Shown: positions 13,486 to 25,985 of the stretch, piece after piece
Layout: every line of letters starts with the position of its first letter
How positions within the stretch are numbered: position 1 is the first letter of the stretch
Assembly: GCF_001194135.2 (NCBI RefSeq)
Contig: NC_068981.1
Location: forward strand, 16,688,523-16,746,663
Origin: Octopus bimaculoides
Lineage: Eukaryota
Length of the DNA stretch: 58,141 nt
Reading direction: 5' to 3'
Translations under genes and position numbers: made by a program
The notes under the pieces: model-generated
The model's database searches: none
What the model was told of the DNA's origin: nothing
What the model saw: the letters and a program-made list of their open reading frames with translations, nothing else

Positions 13486-13598
13486 TAGTCACGGACGTTG
13501 TAGTCACGGACGTTGTAGTCACGGACGTTGTAGTCACGGACGTTGTAGTCACGGGCGTTGTAGTCACGGACGTTGTAGTCACGGACGTTGTAGTCACG
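13486..13598. repeat. 15-bp minisatellite (TAGTCACGGACGTTG) x7.5
   Basis: Seven full units with one A>G variant, plus a partial unit. Confidence 0.97.
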
Positions 13599-14149
13599 AC
13601 AGAAAGAGCAGTCATGAAAAAACGTCATCTCTGTAAAGTTGTGGTTGAGTTTAATTAAACTTTAATAACCAGTTAGTTACATAACGTTTTGTGCCTACTA
13701 ACTTCCATATTTGTTTCATATCTGTGAGGAACACTACAATGGAATCATTAGTTAAGCTCTGCAGTGGCCAGTAACTAAAACGTGGGGGATATTTTCTCAC
13801 TGCCTAAATTTGTGTTCAACTTTAGATACGGGTTGGTACCAAAGAGTTCATGGACTAGTTATGTTTAATACATATCATACACATGATTTATTGTGCTTCA
13901 GGGAGGTTCATATTTGTCTTCATTATACATCAAGATAGTGTACAGCAATAAAATTTTCATGATGACGTACTACAATTTAAATTCCTTGATAGTGCAACGC
14001 AATTCTTTTTTCTGAATGGTATAGTGTGAAATATTTAACTTGATGAAGCCGTCAATGTATTGGTGCTGCCGAAAGAACATCTTACTCTATCCTATTTGGA
14101 GGATGTGTTCAGAATCTCTATGTCAACGGGTTATACTTATAATAAGGTT

Positions 14150-14560
14150 ATGGTTGAAGTTTGGTATAAAGTTAAGTCAGAATTCAGCAAAGTCAGACAT
14201 GATAATCATTGGGTGTAACCCTAATTTTGAAATTGAAACGATAGAAGAGCTTGGCAAAGACAGAATCTAAGCCAATGGGGCATTATTTGCATGGAAATTT
14301 CATCATTGGTCGCTTTTTATGATTGGAGAGATTGATTAAGATTTTTTTGACAATACGTAAATAACAGTGAAAACCATTAAAAGATGAATTAATATCAGGA
14401 AGTTGAAGACAAAACGTAGAGGAAATGCCATCACATTCTCTGTTGGTGTGGAACTTAAAAGTTGTTTTAATTTAAAGATTGATTCCTGGAGGATTATGAA
14501 AAACTGATAGAGACCCAAGATAATAGAATGCAACAAACGAAATATTGTGATTAATTCGAA
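14150..14560 (-). pseudogene. Possible ancient APE-type LINE endonuclease remnant
   Basis: Frameshifted translation LHSII..LY...NQSLQS...GNFHANNAP.W resembles the GDFNAH..W motif; very weak. Confidence 0.3.
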
Positions 14561-15544
14561 TGTTAATGAGTTTGTAGATCAAGTGATGTACAAAATCTAT
14601 TTCTGCTTTCCTGATGATTGATTGAAGCATTAAAGCTAGTAATAGATATGCTCCATTTGCCAGTGGCTGTGGCTGGTATCTTCTCCAAAGGATGTAAAGA
14701 GATTGCTCTTTAACTGTAGATCTTAAATGGTGCTACAACTGGAGCATTAGGACTTGTAAGCTTTGCCTTTGTGAGGGATGCTGGAGAATCATACCTAAGA
14801 GAGTAGCGATCACAAGCTTTGATGACTTACATTCATCAGATACCTGGCACATTTTCTGCATCAGTCAGCATATAACTGACAGGGCTGTGTTCAGTACTAT
14901 GGCCTGCTATACAAGAGAGTAAATTTCGTGTTATGCGGCAAAATCATGAGAGGAGTTGTCCATCATAAAACAGTCGTCAGATGTTTTATCTGAGGAGTGA
15001 GCAGAAGTTGAAATCGAGCAAGAAAGTGGTTAGTTGTGTTTGAAAACTCTGTTTCAGGTATGTGCACGGGTACATAGGCATTGATCTACAGGTACTTAAC
15101 AATGGCAAACGATTTACTTTCATTAATGGCGGGCAGTTGTGTAGTAAATTCAACGAGAATGATGAGAAAGAGAAAGGTGAGGTGAATTAAATGTCTTCAA
15201 TGCTTCATGAAATAGGATCAAATGACAGCTGATATTTGGTGTCGTTCAGTAGGAGGTGTAAAAATGAAATGCATTTAGCGCAATGAATTAAAGAAATTTC
15301 CAAACTAACTGGAAATTATCCAAGTTCTGAGTTGTAAGATAAATGCATTCATTTCGCTCTAATGTAACTTCTTATCGTAGTGTTGTTGTTTTTTGTTTGT
15401 TTCTTTGTTTGTTTGTTTTGCTGTTGTTTTTACTTATATGCAGCCCTAGTCTCTCGGTACTACTTTTGTTTATTGTTTTGGAAATACGAATAAATAAATA
15501 AATAAATAAATTTTTCCACATACTTTTAGATGTATGAGAATAGA

Positions 15545-16560
15545 GTACCAAGTAGTAAAAGATGTCCATTTTGCATACTTGCATGTTTAGCTTTCATTCC
15601 AGAAGGTTCCAGAACTGGCAGAGTCGTTTAAGACATCGTGCCGTATACTACAAAATTAAAAAATTAAAAAGAAATGATGTTCTGGCATTAAAAAGAAATT
15701 CGATCTCACAGACTCTATGCGTTCTAGATGATCTGTTCAGTTCGATGACAATTATTAGAACGAAATCATTCAAAAGGGTCCGCGCCGATACTCTGTGGAA
15801 TTGGCCCAGAAGATGTGACTTCCATGATACAATCGTCCGCCACCTTCACTCGAAGGATAAGTCACAAAAACTTGGTACTTGAGTACAACGAAAGAGACAA
15901 CCTTCAGCACTCTCTCACCCTGTCAGGTACTCACTCAACTCCAGGATACTCATGGATACAAGCAAAGATTTATTTATCTCATCGTCACTGGCGATGAAAA
16001 ACGGTGGGTTTTTTTGGGTTTTTTTGTCAATATGAAGCAGAGGAAATAATGTCCTGTGAAGTAGGTAAAACCTCGAGTCAAGCAACCTCTATATTCTCAT
16101 AAGAAAATGATTTGCATTTTTGTGGAATAGGGAAGGGCTAATCCTCTACGAAATGCTTGAAAAACAGCACACAGTCAATGCACAGCATTATATTCAGAAA
16201 ATGCACCGCTCAGCGAGGCAATGTCGCTCATACTATCCGACCAGCGATATAGCATGTGTTTTCACGACAATGCTCACCCCTACCCACCATCTTTAATATG
16301 AACAAAAATGCTGTTCAAGAGCTCGGTTTGGTAGTCCTACAACGTTTCTGTATTTTCTGATATAGCATCTGAAGATTATTACCTTGTTTGCTCGTTCGCC
16401 AGAAGTGTACGAGGCATTGCATACAGTAACGACGTGGAGCTGAAATCGTGACTCGATGACGTTTTCGAGACAAGACTCAGGGATTTCCATTGTCAAGACA
16501 TTGACAAGCTAGGAGAACTTGACAAGAAATCACGAGCAATTGTTGATGAAAAATGAGGAT
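15545..16560 (+). mobile_element. Decayed mariner transposase
   Basis: ELAQKM..SHDTIVRHLH..KSQKLGT*V, IVTGDE (~15985), FHDNAHP (~16262), degenerate YSPDLAPSDY region (~16350-16385). Confidence 0.8.
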
Positions 16561-17166
16561 TAAAATAAACAGGAAAGAAAACAAATTTATCTGACAACCT
16601 AATAAGAGATAAAAGTGGGACAAAGAACTGAGTCTACATAAGGATAGAATATTCTTTCAAGAAAGAAATCCGGACATGTTGGGTTTAGATTAAGTAACAA
16701 GGATAGGTTAGAAATGGAAGAGTAAAGATTTATTTCAGACCGAAGTATGCAAGTTAGGCGTTTTACATATTTCAATCAGGAAAGTAAGAATGAAGAAGTT
16801 ATCCCCAAAACGGAAATCTGATCCAAGAGCTTTCAGCAGAATGGACCCTTCTAAAGGCACCTAAGAAGCAAATTGCTGATGCTAAACCGTTTGACGGATC
16901 GAGTTAACTACTCATACTAGGTATGGCGAAATCATAGGGCAAACAAAAGCAACAGCTACGTCAAGATTACACTACCTCATTCTACACATATGCGTTGATA
17001 ATTTTTTTTATCGACCTTGAAAGGATGAAATGCAAAGATAACTTCAATGAGATTTGATCCTGAGCGCAGAGGTTCGCAACAAATACTAAGAGTTACTTTA
17101 TTCAATGCTCAAAATATTCTGTTTGTGTGTAGTTGGATGTGTGCATGTGTATTAGTGTGCGTGTAC

Positions 17167-17168
<2 letters not shown>

Positions 17169-17232
<64 letters not shown>
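17169..17232. repeat. (TG)n
   Basis: Directly visible. Confidence 0.95.
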
Positions 17233-17235
<3 letters not shown>

Positions 17236-18705
17236 CCTGTGTGTGCGAATAGGGTTAGGTTTGAGCGAAGTCCATAGATATATATGAAGAGGGTGGAAAA
17301 TTGTCCAGTGTTGCAGTAGGTAGGTCTATGTTATTTGATGTCATTCATTTTTCTAGAATAAATCAAATAAGATTACACTGGAGTGTTCCAATAAAATTCA
17401 ATTGATTCAGCCATTCAGACAGATGATATCTGAGCTGAAGTTAATCTAAAGAAATTATTCTTGGAAATCGAATTCTTTCGAAGCAAAGAAATCAAAATAA
17501 ATCATTATAGAGTGGAAAAGGTCATCTGATTCAGTAAGATAATATCATATTTTTAGATACGTAGGACTTAAATATGTTCTGAAAATCGGCGTTTAGAGCG
17601 TTAAGGGAAAATGGAATGGTTTTCGCATAGCATCGATGCATAAAGTATTACATACTTTTGATTCGAATACGTCAAATACGACTATCTACCTTGTGTCTAA
17701 ATTGTTATGCATATATCAATATTTATGAGCGAAGGACACACATAAACATATAATATGCATATATGTAAATATATACTCATTCATGTATGAATGTATATAC
17801 ATATATATGTAGGTATATATGCAGGGTATATAGGAAGAAAGCGATATAGAGGGAAACATTGGTAGATACTCATGTATGAGTGAATATATTACCACTTGAA
17901 CTGGACTTTATTGCCTTTGTATATAGTTGAAACACATTAAACTGCAATGTTTCGGGTGCAAGATATACTCATTGAATTTCGATATAATTGCATAAGATGT
18001 TTTAATTTAGCGTATTTATGTGTCTATGTATTTGTCTATATACATATATATATATACATACACACTTATATATACATATATATGTGTATATATACGTATG
18101 TATATATATATATATAAATGTGCTTGTGTGTGTACTTGTATGTACGTATGTATGCAGCTATGTACGCACATGAATGTGACTGCTCGTGTATGTAGGAGTA
18201 ATTGGTTATCACGCTTGAGATGTATGCATATGTACTGTGTTCATTCTGTGTTTATAGATGAGTATATATTGCTTGTTGTTCTATCATTCTAGGTTTCACT
18301 TCACATAACTTGATATCGTATACATAATATATATGATAGCAAGTTATCTGATGTGAAACCCCAAATGATACTACGTATAGAGATGGTGTTACCAGACAGA
18401 TCCCCTTGCCTCCTACTACTAATGCGCGTGGTCATATGTTAGTAGTAGCTAATGCATCCATAAAGGTGGTGGGCCGCAAGAATAGTTAGCACGCCGGTCA
18501 AAATGCTTAGTACTATTACTTCCGGCACCTTAAATTGTGAATAAAAATCCCAGTTAGTCAACCTTACTTTTCGATTGATAATGGAACCATTATTCAAAGC
18601 AGAGTTCCAGGAATAAACACGCAGATAGCAACGTACGTATATCTTTACTTGCATGTACACACACACATATATATATATGTGTGTTTGTATATATCTCTTT
18701 CTCTT

Positions 18706-19072
18706 TCTCTTTTACTTGTTTCAGTCATTTAACTGCGGACATGCTGGAGCACCGCCTTTAGTCGAGGAAATTGACCCTAGGACTTATTCTTTGTAAGCCT
18801 AGTACTTATTCTATCGATCTCTTTTGCCGAACCGCTAAGTTACGGGGACGTAAACACACCAGCATCAGTTGTCAAGCGATATTGGGGGGGGGGGACACAG
18901 ACACACAAACATATACACACACTTACATAGATATATATACATATGTACGACAGGCTTCTTTCAGTTTCTGTCAACGAAATCCAATCACAAGGCTTTGGTC
19001 GGTCCGAGGCTATAGTAGAAGACACTTGCCGAAGGTTCTACGCAGTGGGAATGAACCCGGAACCATGTGGTT
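18706..19072 (-). mobile_element. tRNA-derived SINE, family C (CORE-like), 5' end lost in a gap
   Basis: Co-linear with 32069-32502; B box GGTTCATTCCC on the minus strand; internal microsatellite. Confidence 0.85.
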
Positions 19073-19772
19073 NNNNNNNNNNNNNNNNNNNNNNNNNNNN
19101 NNNNNNNNNNNNNNNNNNNNNNNNNNNNNNNNNNNNNNNNNNNNNNNNNNNNNNNNNNNNNNNNNNNNNNNNNNNNNNNNNNNNNNNNNNNNNNNNNNNN
19201 NNNNNNNNNNNNNNNNNNNNNNNNNNNNNNNNNNNNNNNNNNNNNNNNNNNNNNNNNNNNNNNNNNNNNNNNNNNNNNNNNNNNNNNNNNNNNNNNNNNN
19301 NNNNNNNNNNNNNNNNNNNNNNNNNNNNNNNNNNNNNNNNNNNNNNNNNNNNNNNNNNNNNNNNNNNNNNNNNNNNNNNNNNNNNNNNNNNNNNNNNNNN
19401 NNNNNNNNNNNNNNNNNNNNNNNNNNNNNNNNNNNNNNNNNNNNNNNNNNNNNNNNNNNNNNNNNNNNNNNNNNNNNNNNNNNNNNNNNNNNNNNNNNNN
19501 NNNNNNNNNNNNNNNNNNNNNNNNNNNNNNNNNNNNNNNNNNNNNNNNNNNNNNNNNNNNNNNNNNNNNNNNNNNNNNNNNNNNNNNNNNNNNNNNNNNN
19601 NNNNNNNNNNNNNNNNNNNNNNNNNNNNNNNNNNNNNNNNNNNNNNNNNNNNNNNNNNNNNNNNNNNNNNNNNNNNNNNNNNNNNNNNNNNNNNNNNNNN
19701 NNNNNNNNNNNNNNNNNNNNNNNNNNNNNNNNNNNNNNNNNNNNNNNNNNNNNNNNNNNNNNNNNNNNNNNN

Positions 19773-20102
19773 TAATACTTCATTTAGAGAATTAACATTG
19801 CTTGTTTTCACCTTTTCAATATCAGTGAAGAATTTCACTGGAAAAGAACATATAAGGTTTGCCAGGTTTTTGTCTCTCTCACCAAGGTCATCAGCTGTCG
19901 AACGCCGACGAAGGGAAATAACCCTGAAATCCGGATACGTTCGTGCTGCTGGTCGAGGTGAGAGGGATAACTCCCTTGGCAAACAGGACACAGTCGTGTG
20001 TCGATAAGCCAGCTGGAGGAGATGTCCTCCTGGGGCTAAAAGCAACAGTAACATCCACCCCTAGGGGTCAGCCACACTTAAGTGGCAATATACTACACTT
20101 TA
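19773..20102 (+). mobile_element. Hammerhead-bearing structured repeat, family H1 (retrozyme or Penelope pLTR-like)
   Basis: 19913-20102 matches the reverse complement of 57951-58141 with about 4 differences; ends in (TA)n. Confidence 0.8.
19892..19948 (+). ncRNA. Putative type I hammerhead ribozyme (core CCGACGA, U4C variant)
   Basis: Stem I CGAACG/CGTTCG with CAGC/GCTG extension; stem II AGGG-AAATAA-CCCT; GAAA; palindromic stem III ATCCGGAT; NUH = AUA, predicted cut after 19937. Confidence 0.75.
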
Positions 20103-20289
20103 TATATATATATATATATATATAACGCAAGTTACACACATACACACACAGGCATTTATATGCATAAATATGTATGCATATATCAGTTACTGTACGGTAT
20201 TTTGTCTAATGTTCTGAAGGGTCTTCTCTTCCGCCAACTTCCTTTCAAATCACATCCTGCCATCTTGAAAAGAAGAAACTCTTGAGATA

Positions 20290-20645
20290 AAATTCTCTTA
20301 CAAAGGCATTTGCCAGGTGAAAGATGAGATGCTCATGGCTAGAACGCCTTTGATAATAGATCCGGACAGCCTGAGCCCCAAGCGGGAGTTAAACAAAATC
20401 AAAGACACCATCAATCGACAAGATAGCACCAAATGGCGGCTTCTGTTGTAATTCTCTTGCCAACGAAAGGTCGCTGGTGTTATGCTTCTACCACTTAGGC
20501 TTTCCCGATTCACTCGATATTCTCTTCTCATCACTATTGTTGTGCTGCGTCTAATCTTTCAGGTTCCGAATTAATCATGTCTCCCAGTCCTTCTTTCACA
20601 GCACGTCCCTCTTTGGAATTCCTTTCCTGCTCATGGCATCCCTGT
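20290..20645 (+). pseudogene. Possible decayed LINE 3' end
   Basis: LLPLRLSRFTRYS...QSFFHSTSLFWN resembles the C-terminal FFPRT..LWN.LP of CR1/Jockey-group ORF2. Confidence 0.3.
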
Positions 20646-21199
20646 AGATATCAATTAGTGAATATTTAAGAGGAATATAAATGATATCAATTTCTCAGGT
20701 GTTTGGAAGACACCCCTCCAATAACAGCAAATAACATAATCACACATGCATCTATATTTAGATGATGATGATGATGATGGATAATGGTGATGGTGCTGGT
20801 GCTGGTGCTGGTGTTGGTGCTGATAGTGGCAATTATTTGTATCAAAAGATCATGGGGAAGAACGACAAGTCCCTGCGTGGCTATGTGAACTGGTCCTCGA
20901 ATGACAGACTCTAGCACACTTCTGGAGAGAATGTGCAAATATGTAAGCTTCGGTTAAAAGGTGAGTGAAGAAGGTTTCATTATGACTCTTTCTTGGACGT
21001 TTATCATCTGCTACAGTTGCTGTGGCCGACTTATAATTGCTGACAGCCATCTAAATATCTGAATGTAATCTCACCACACCTCTCTCGGTCCTGCGAATCT
21101 ATCCCGCCCTGTAGTGTGTATGTATGTATGCATGAAAAATCACTTAATACAGTTTTTATGTATAAACGGATTATTTTTTAAAAATTACATTTTAAAGAA

Positions 21200-21415
21200 A
21201 GTGCAGTGTCGACCCGTTCTGGTATTGGTGTAACTTTCAATGCCAAAATTTGGCACAATTCCTTTCAAGATCTTCCAGATGTATATTACTGCATACGTCT
21301 CCCGCCTTCGCTCCAGGGGTACAGTCTTAGCTGTTTCAGCCTTTCCCAGTAGCTGAGCTGTTGCAAAGAGACGATTTTTTGTGAAGCTTCGCTGGATTGC
21401 TTCAAGCTTCGCTGT
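21200..21415 (-). pseudogene. CR1-like LINE ORF2 C-terminal fragment
   Basis: KLEAIQRSFTKK...QLSYWERLKQLRLYPLERRRETYAVIYIWKILKGIVPNFGI. Confidence 0.8.
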
Positions 21416-21477
21416 TAATTTTACACTCTTTTACAATACTATCAATTTGCATGTTTGTGTTGTATTATATGAAGTTG

Positions 21478-21862
21478 TGGAGGCGCAATGGCTCAGTGTT
21501 TAGGGCAGCGGACTTGCGATCATAGGATCGCGGTTTCGATTCCCAGGCAGGGCGTTGTGAGTGTTTAGTGAGCGAAAACACCTAAAGCTCCACGGGGCTC
21601 CGGCAGGTAGGGGTGGTAGCGAACCCTGCTGTACTCTTTCACCACAACTTTCTCTCACTCTGCTTGTTTCTGTTGTGCTTGTAATTCAAAGGGTCAGCCT
21701 TGCCACACTGTGTCACGCTGAATATCACCGAGAACTACGTTAAGGGCACACATGTCTGTGGAGTGCTCAGCCACTTGCACGTTAATTTCACGAGCAGGCT
21801 GTTCCGTTGATCGGATCAATTGGAACCCTCGACGTCGTAAGCCACGGAGTGCCAACAACAAT
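21478..21862 (+). mobile_element. Full-length SINE family A (OR-like)
   Basis: A box TGGCTCAGTGTT, B box GGTTTCGATTCCC, tail ...GGAGTGCCAACAACAA. Confidence 0.9.
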
Positions 21863-22724
21863 ATGNNNNNNNNNNNNNNNNNNNNNNNNNNNNNNNNNNN
21901 NNNNNNNNNNNNNNNNNNNNNNNNNNNNNNNNNNNNNNNNNNNNNNNNNNNNNNNNNNNNNNNNNNNNNNNNNNNNNNNNNNNNNNNNNNNNNNNNNNNN
22001 NNNNNNNNNNNNNNNNNNNNNNNNNNNNNNNNNNNNNNNNNNNNNNNNNNNNNNNNNNNNNNNNNNNNNNNNNNNNNNNNNNNNNNNNNNNNNNNNNNNN
22101 NNNNNNNNNNNNNNNNNNNNNNNNNNNNNNNNNNNNNNNNNNNNNNNNNNNNNNNNNNNNNNNNNNNNNNNNNNNNNNNNNNNNNNNNNNNNNNNNNNNN
22201 NNNNNNNNNNNNNNNNNNNNNNNNNNNNNNNNNNNNNNNNNNNNNNNNNNNNNNNNNNNNNNNNNNNNNNNNNNNNNNNNNNNNNNNNNNNNNNNNNNNN
22301 NNNNNNNNNNNNNNNNNNNNNNNNNNNNNNNNNNNNNNNNNNNNNNNNNNNNNNNNNNNNNNNNNNNNNNNNNNNNNNNNNNNNNNNNNNNNNNNNNNNN
22401 NNNNNNNNNNNNNNNNNNNNNNNNNNNNNNNNNNNNNNNNNNNNNNNNNNNNNNNNNNNNNNNNNNNNNNNNNNNNNNNNNNNNNNNNNNNNNNNNNNNN
22501 NNNNNNNNNNNNNNNNNNNNNNNNNNNNNNNNNNNNNNNNNNNNNNNNNNNNNNNNNNNNNNNNNNNNNNNNNNNNNNNNNNNNNNNNNNNNNNNNNNNN
22601 NNNNNNNNNNNNNNNNNNNNNNNNNNNNNNNNNNNNNNNNNNNNNNNNNNNNNNNNNNNNNNNNNNNNNNNNNNNNNNNNNNNNNNNNNNNNNNNNNNNN
22701 NNNNNNTATATATATATATATCAT

Positions 22725-24000
22725 ACTTTGATAGGTTTCGGCCAGTATTGCAGCATTGGCTCAGGTCATGGCTAATTTAATAACACCACCTGGCAAAGTC
22801 ATTTAAATCAGGAATCAGGCAGCATGGCCCACTCGAAGAGAGAAGTATTGTTTACGGAGACGTATCCGCGTGTAGGAGGTTTATCCAGGATGTTTTGAAG
22901 GAATTTGTCCAAAGATTTCAGAAACGCTGTCCGTTTCTGCTTTAATGTGTTTTGGGGTAATGCTAAAGAGAGCGGAGCCAACTGAGGTGAAATAATTGTG
23001 TTATAATGTTGTTATGTGATGCGAGAATGATTTATGGCGTGGCCAAATCTTAGGTTTATCTGAAAGGCGATGTCAACATCATTTGGGCAATGTTGATGGA
23101 ATATTTTCCACATAATGCAGAAGATGTAGCACTCACAGCGGCGCTGGAGAGAATAAAGCTTGAGCTTTTCTAGTCGACTCCCAATAGTCAAACCCTGTCA
23201 TGCTATCTATTTTTTTTGTAATTGACCCTGGAGGTGCTTCTATTTTCAGAATACTTTGTTTCATGTGGGGAGACCACAGTGGGCAACAGTATTCATGGTG
23301 GGAGTCTGGTAAAATTAGAGAAGGATAATCGTGTGGATATCTCTCGACTGGAAAGTTCTGAGAATCCAGGAGCACATTTTGCGGGCCATGTCAACTTTAC
23401 TGTTTATATGAGCAGCCCAGCTTATGTTGTCCAAATTACTCCCAAATCTTTGATGTTCTTGGATACTATGAGAGTTTCACCTGAAGGAAGGCAGTATGGG
23501 AGTTTGAGGGTATCCTCTTTTTCGAAGTAGATCAACTCAAATTTGTCCTCATTCAGCAGCATATTATTCTTTTCCGCCCATTGGGTGACAGCCAGTAGAT
23601 CTGACTGAAGGCAGGCCCGGTCACCCACTTCATTGATGACCTTCTGGATCTTGGAATTTTCTGCAAAGATTCTTATGTTACTGTGCTTGATGATGTCAGT
23701 AATGTCATTTATGTAGATGATGAAACAAAGTGGAACACCACTACTGACTTTGGCTGGGCTTGATTTTACTCATTTCAGTACATGTTGGGTTCTGCCTGTC
23801 AGGGAACACTTTATCCATTGTAGTAACTTTCCAGAGACACCAATGTTGGATAGTTTTTTCAAGTGGATCTTATGATCCATCCTGTCAAAGGCCCTGCTGA
23901 AATCAAGGTAGATGACATCAGTAATCGAGCCCTCTCCCAAAGCTCTCAAAATGTCATCAAGGTGATGCAGGAGCTGCGTTAGGCAGTTCCTTCCACTACA
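22725..24000 (-). mobile_element. 5'-truncated CR1-like LINE (RT to 3' UTR)
   Basis: YLDFSRAFDRMDH, IYINDITD, LQSDLLAVTQWAEKNNMLLNEDKF, IKDLGV, EYCCPLWSPH motifs with frameshifts. Confidence 0.9.
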
Positions 24001-24589
24001 TGTTAAATATGTTCAGCTGAATTGAGCAGAGGTGAAGCATATATGTCTTCAGACAACCAATTGCATGAGTCTGTAACCGAATCACGACGTACAAAAATAT
24101 TGGGCGCATCAAATGTTGCCGTAATTCAAACAAGCTGTTGACTTCAATTGAAGAAGTTCTTCAGTTTGACTCATCTTAAAGCGATTTATGCTTCATGTAC
24201 AATATGATGTCGGGTATATCAAGGAATCTACCGGTAAAACCGAGTTAAAATTTGCATCAAACATTGAATCAAACGCCGTCTTATATTCAACATTCTTTCA
24301 TAGATAAAATGCCATTTCTCAGTTTGAAATTACCGCTTTTTTTATATGTTTCACATGGTATGCATTTATTAATGAAACGGCGGACTTATCTGAGAGGAAG
24401 GCGGGTTTTTCGCTATAGAACAATATGGCTGCCTAAATGATGGAATACTTGTTAAACAACAAGTAACTTTAGACAGCATCGGCTGATTAAATATAATTAC
24501 ACTCTACACAATGTATTGATTATTTTTTCCCTCGCTCGACATAAACGCATAAATATATCTCTCCATGTGTGTGTGGCAGTGAATACGTT

Positions 24590-24628
<39 letters not shown>

Positions 24629-24659
24629 TGGTGTGTGTGTGTGTGTGTGCGTGTGTGTG

Positions 24660-24704
<45 letters not shown>

Positions 24705-25819
24705 GCAAACAGACTCTCATATAATTGCGTGTTTGTACGTGTATGTGAAGCATGTATATATGTTTATGCATATATAAGCAGTAACAAAAAACGACTTCTT
24801 CCTCAGTTTTATGCTAAAAATTGTTTACCTACATCAATAAATCCAAATTTAATTCGAATGTATTGGACGCTAATAAGTTCCCATGTAGTTGCTATTGTCC
24901 ATAGTTGCGTATTTATTTGTTGTTGCAGGAAGATAAACTAATTTTAGCCATCATATCTAATCCCTATAGACAGCCTTGTCGCAAGGGTAGAGATAGTTTA
25001 ATGCACTGATCGGAGCTGATGTAATGAAAACGTTTTAACTTTGGCATATGTTGTTAGCATTTTACTTTATATGTTTGCAATAAATATTTTCCTATCCGAA
25101 ACTCTAAACCATACATGCTGCTCTGGCAAATTCACTGTAAGCTAGTAAATGTTTACAAACCAATATACAATTTTATCGGGAAATTGACAGGAAAAGGAGC
25201 TTTCCAGTTCTACTTTAAATCAAAGACTGTCGCCAACGAAAGCCGAAACAAAGCTATGAATTTATTCAGCTATACGAGTAACTAATGTTTTTTAAAAAAT
25301 GCATTTACTTTCACAATCGATAAATTTAGAAGAGAACGGTGACTCAATTGAAAAGTATCTGTAGATGGTTGTTATGGTTGCATGGAATGTATTCTTGTTA
25401 TCTTTGTAATAAATCAAATATTTTCGTATTTGATGTAGGTAAATCGACAGTTTGTGTTACCATTGATTTAACTATATATTTCACTCACACTCACAGCTAA
25501 ATTAACGTTTAAAATTATTGTAATTTCGGATTATCAATTCAAAATTAAAGGTCTCAGTCAATATGAAGAAACATAGGAGCAGCGATGAGGTATTTAGTTT
25601 TTACAGCATACAAACCAAGAGTTCAAATCAGTTGCACAATTTTCTGATCTTTCCGCTACTTACGTATCTATTACGAATATAAGTACCTCTGGGACTGTTA
25701 CTCGTAATAAACTGACATTATATATATTCGAGGATTATACACCCTATAATGCACTCCACGATCGGGGTTAAGGGTAGGTATCGTAGCATCCAGAGATTTA
25801 CATATTTCTAAGACAAAGA

Positions 25820-25985
25820 GAGAGGGACGATATGGTATCAAAACGTTCCTGGCTTAGTTACGTTTAATAAGAAAATAACTTAAAATCTCAGTCTTAGCAT
25901 CATCGCCTTCGAAATAGCCACCTTGTGTAGCAATACACTGGTCCAAACGTTCGTGTCACTTTGGGAATCTGGCCTGCAAGTTGTT
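25820..25985 (-). mobile_element. Mariner right-end remnant
   Basis: FPK*HERLDQCIATQGGYFEG resembles the mariner transposase C-terminus; degenerate TIR-like GAGGG...ATCAAAACGTTCC nearby. Confidence 0.5.

Noticed and set aside
13486-13598. CRISPR-like array
   Set aside because: No spacers; plain tandem repeat in a eukaryote
19850-19897. Minus-strand CTGATGA inside H1 as a second ribozyme
   Set aside because: Followed by CAAA rather than GAAA, and no matching stem I
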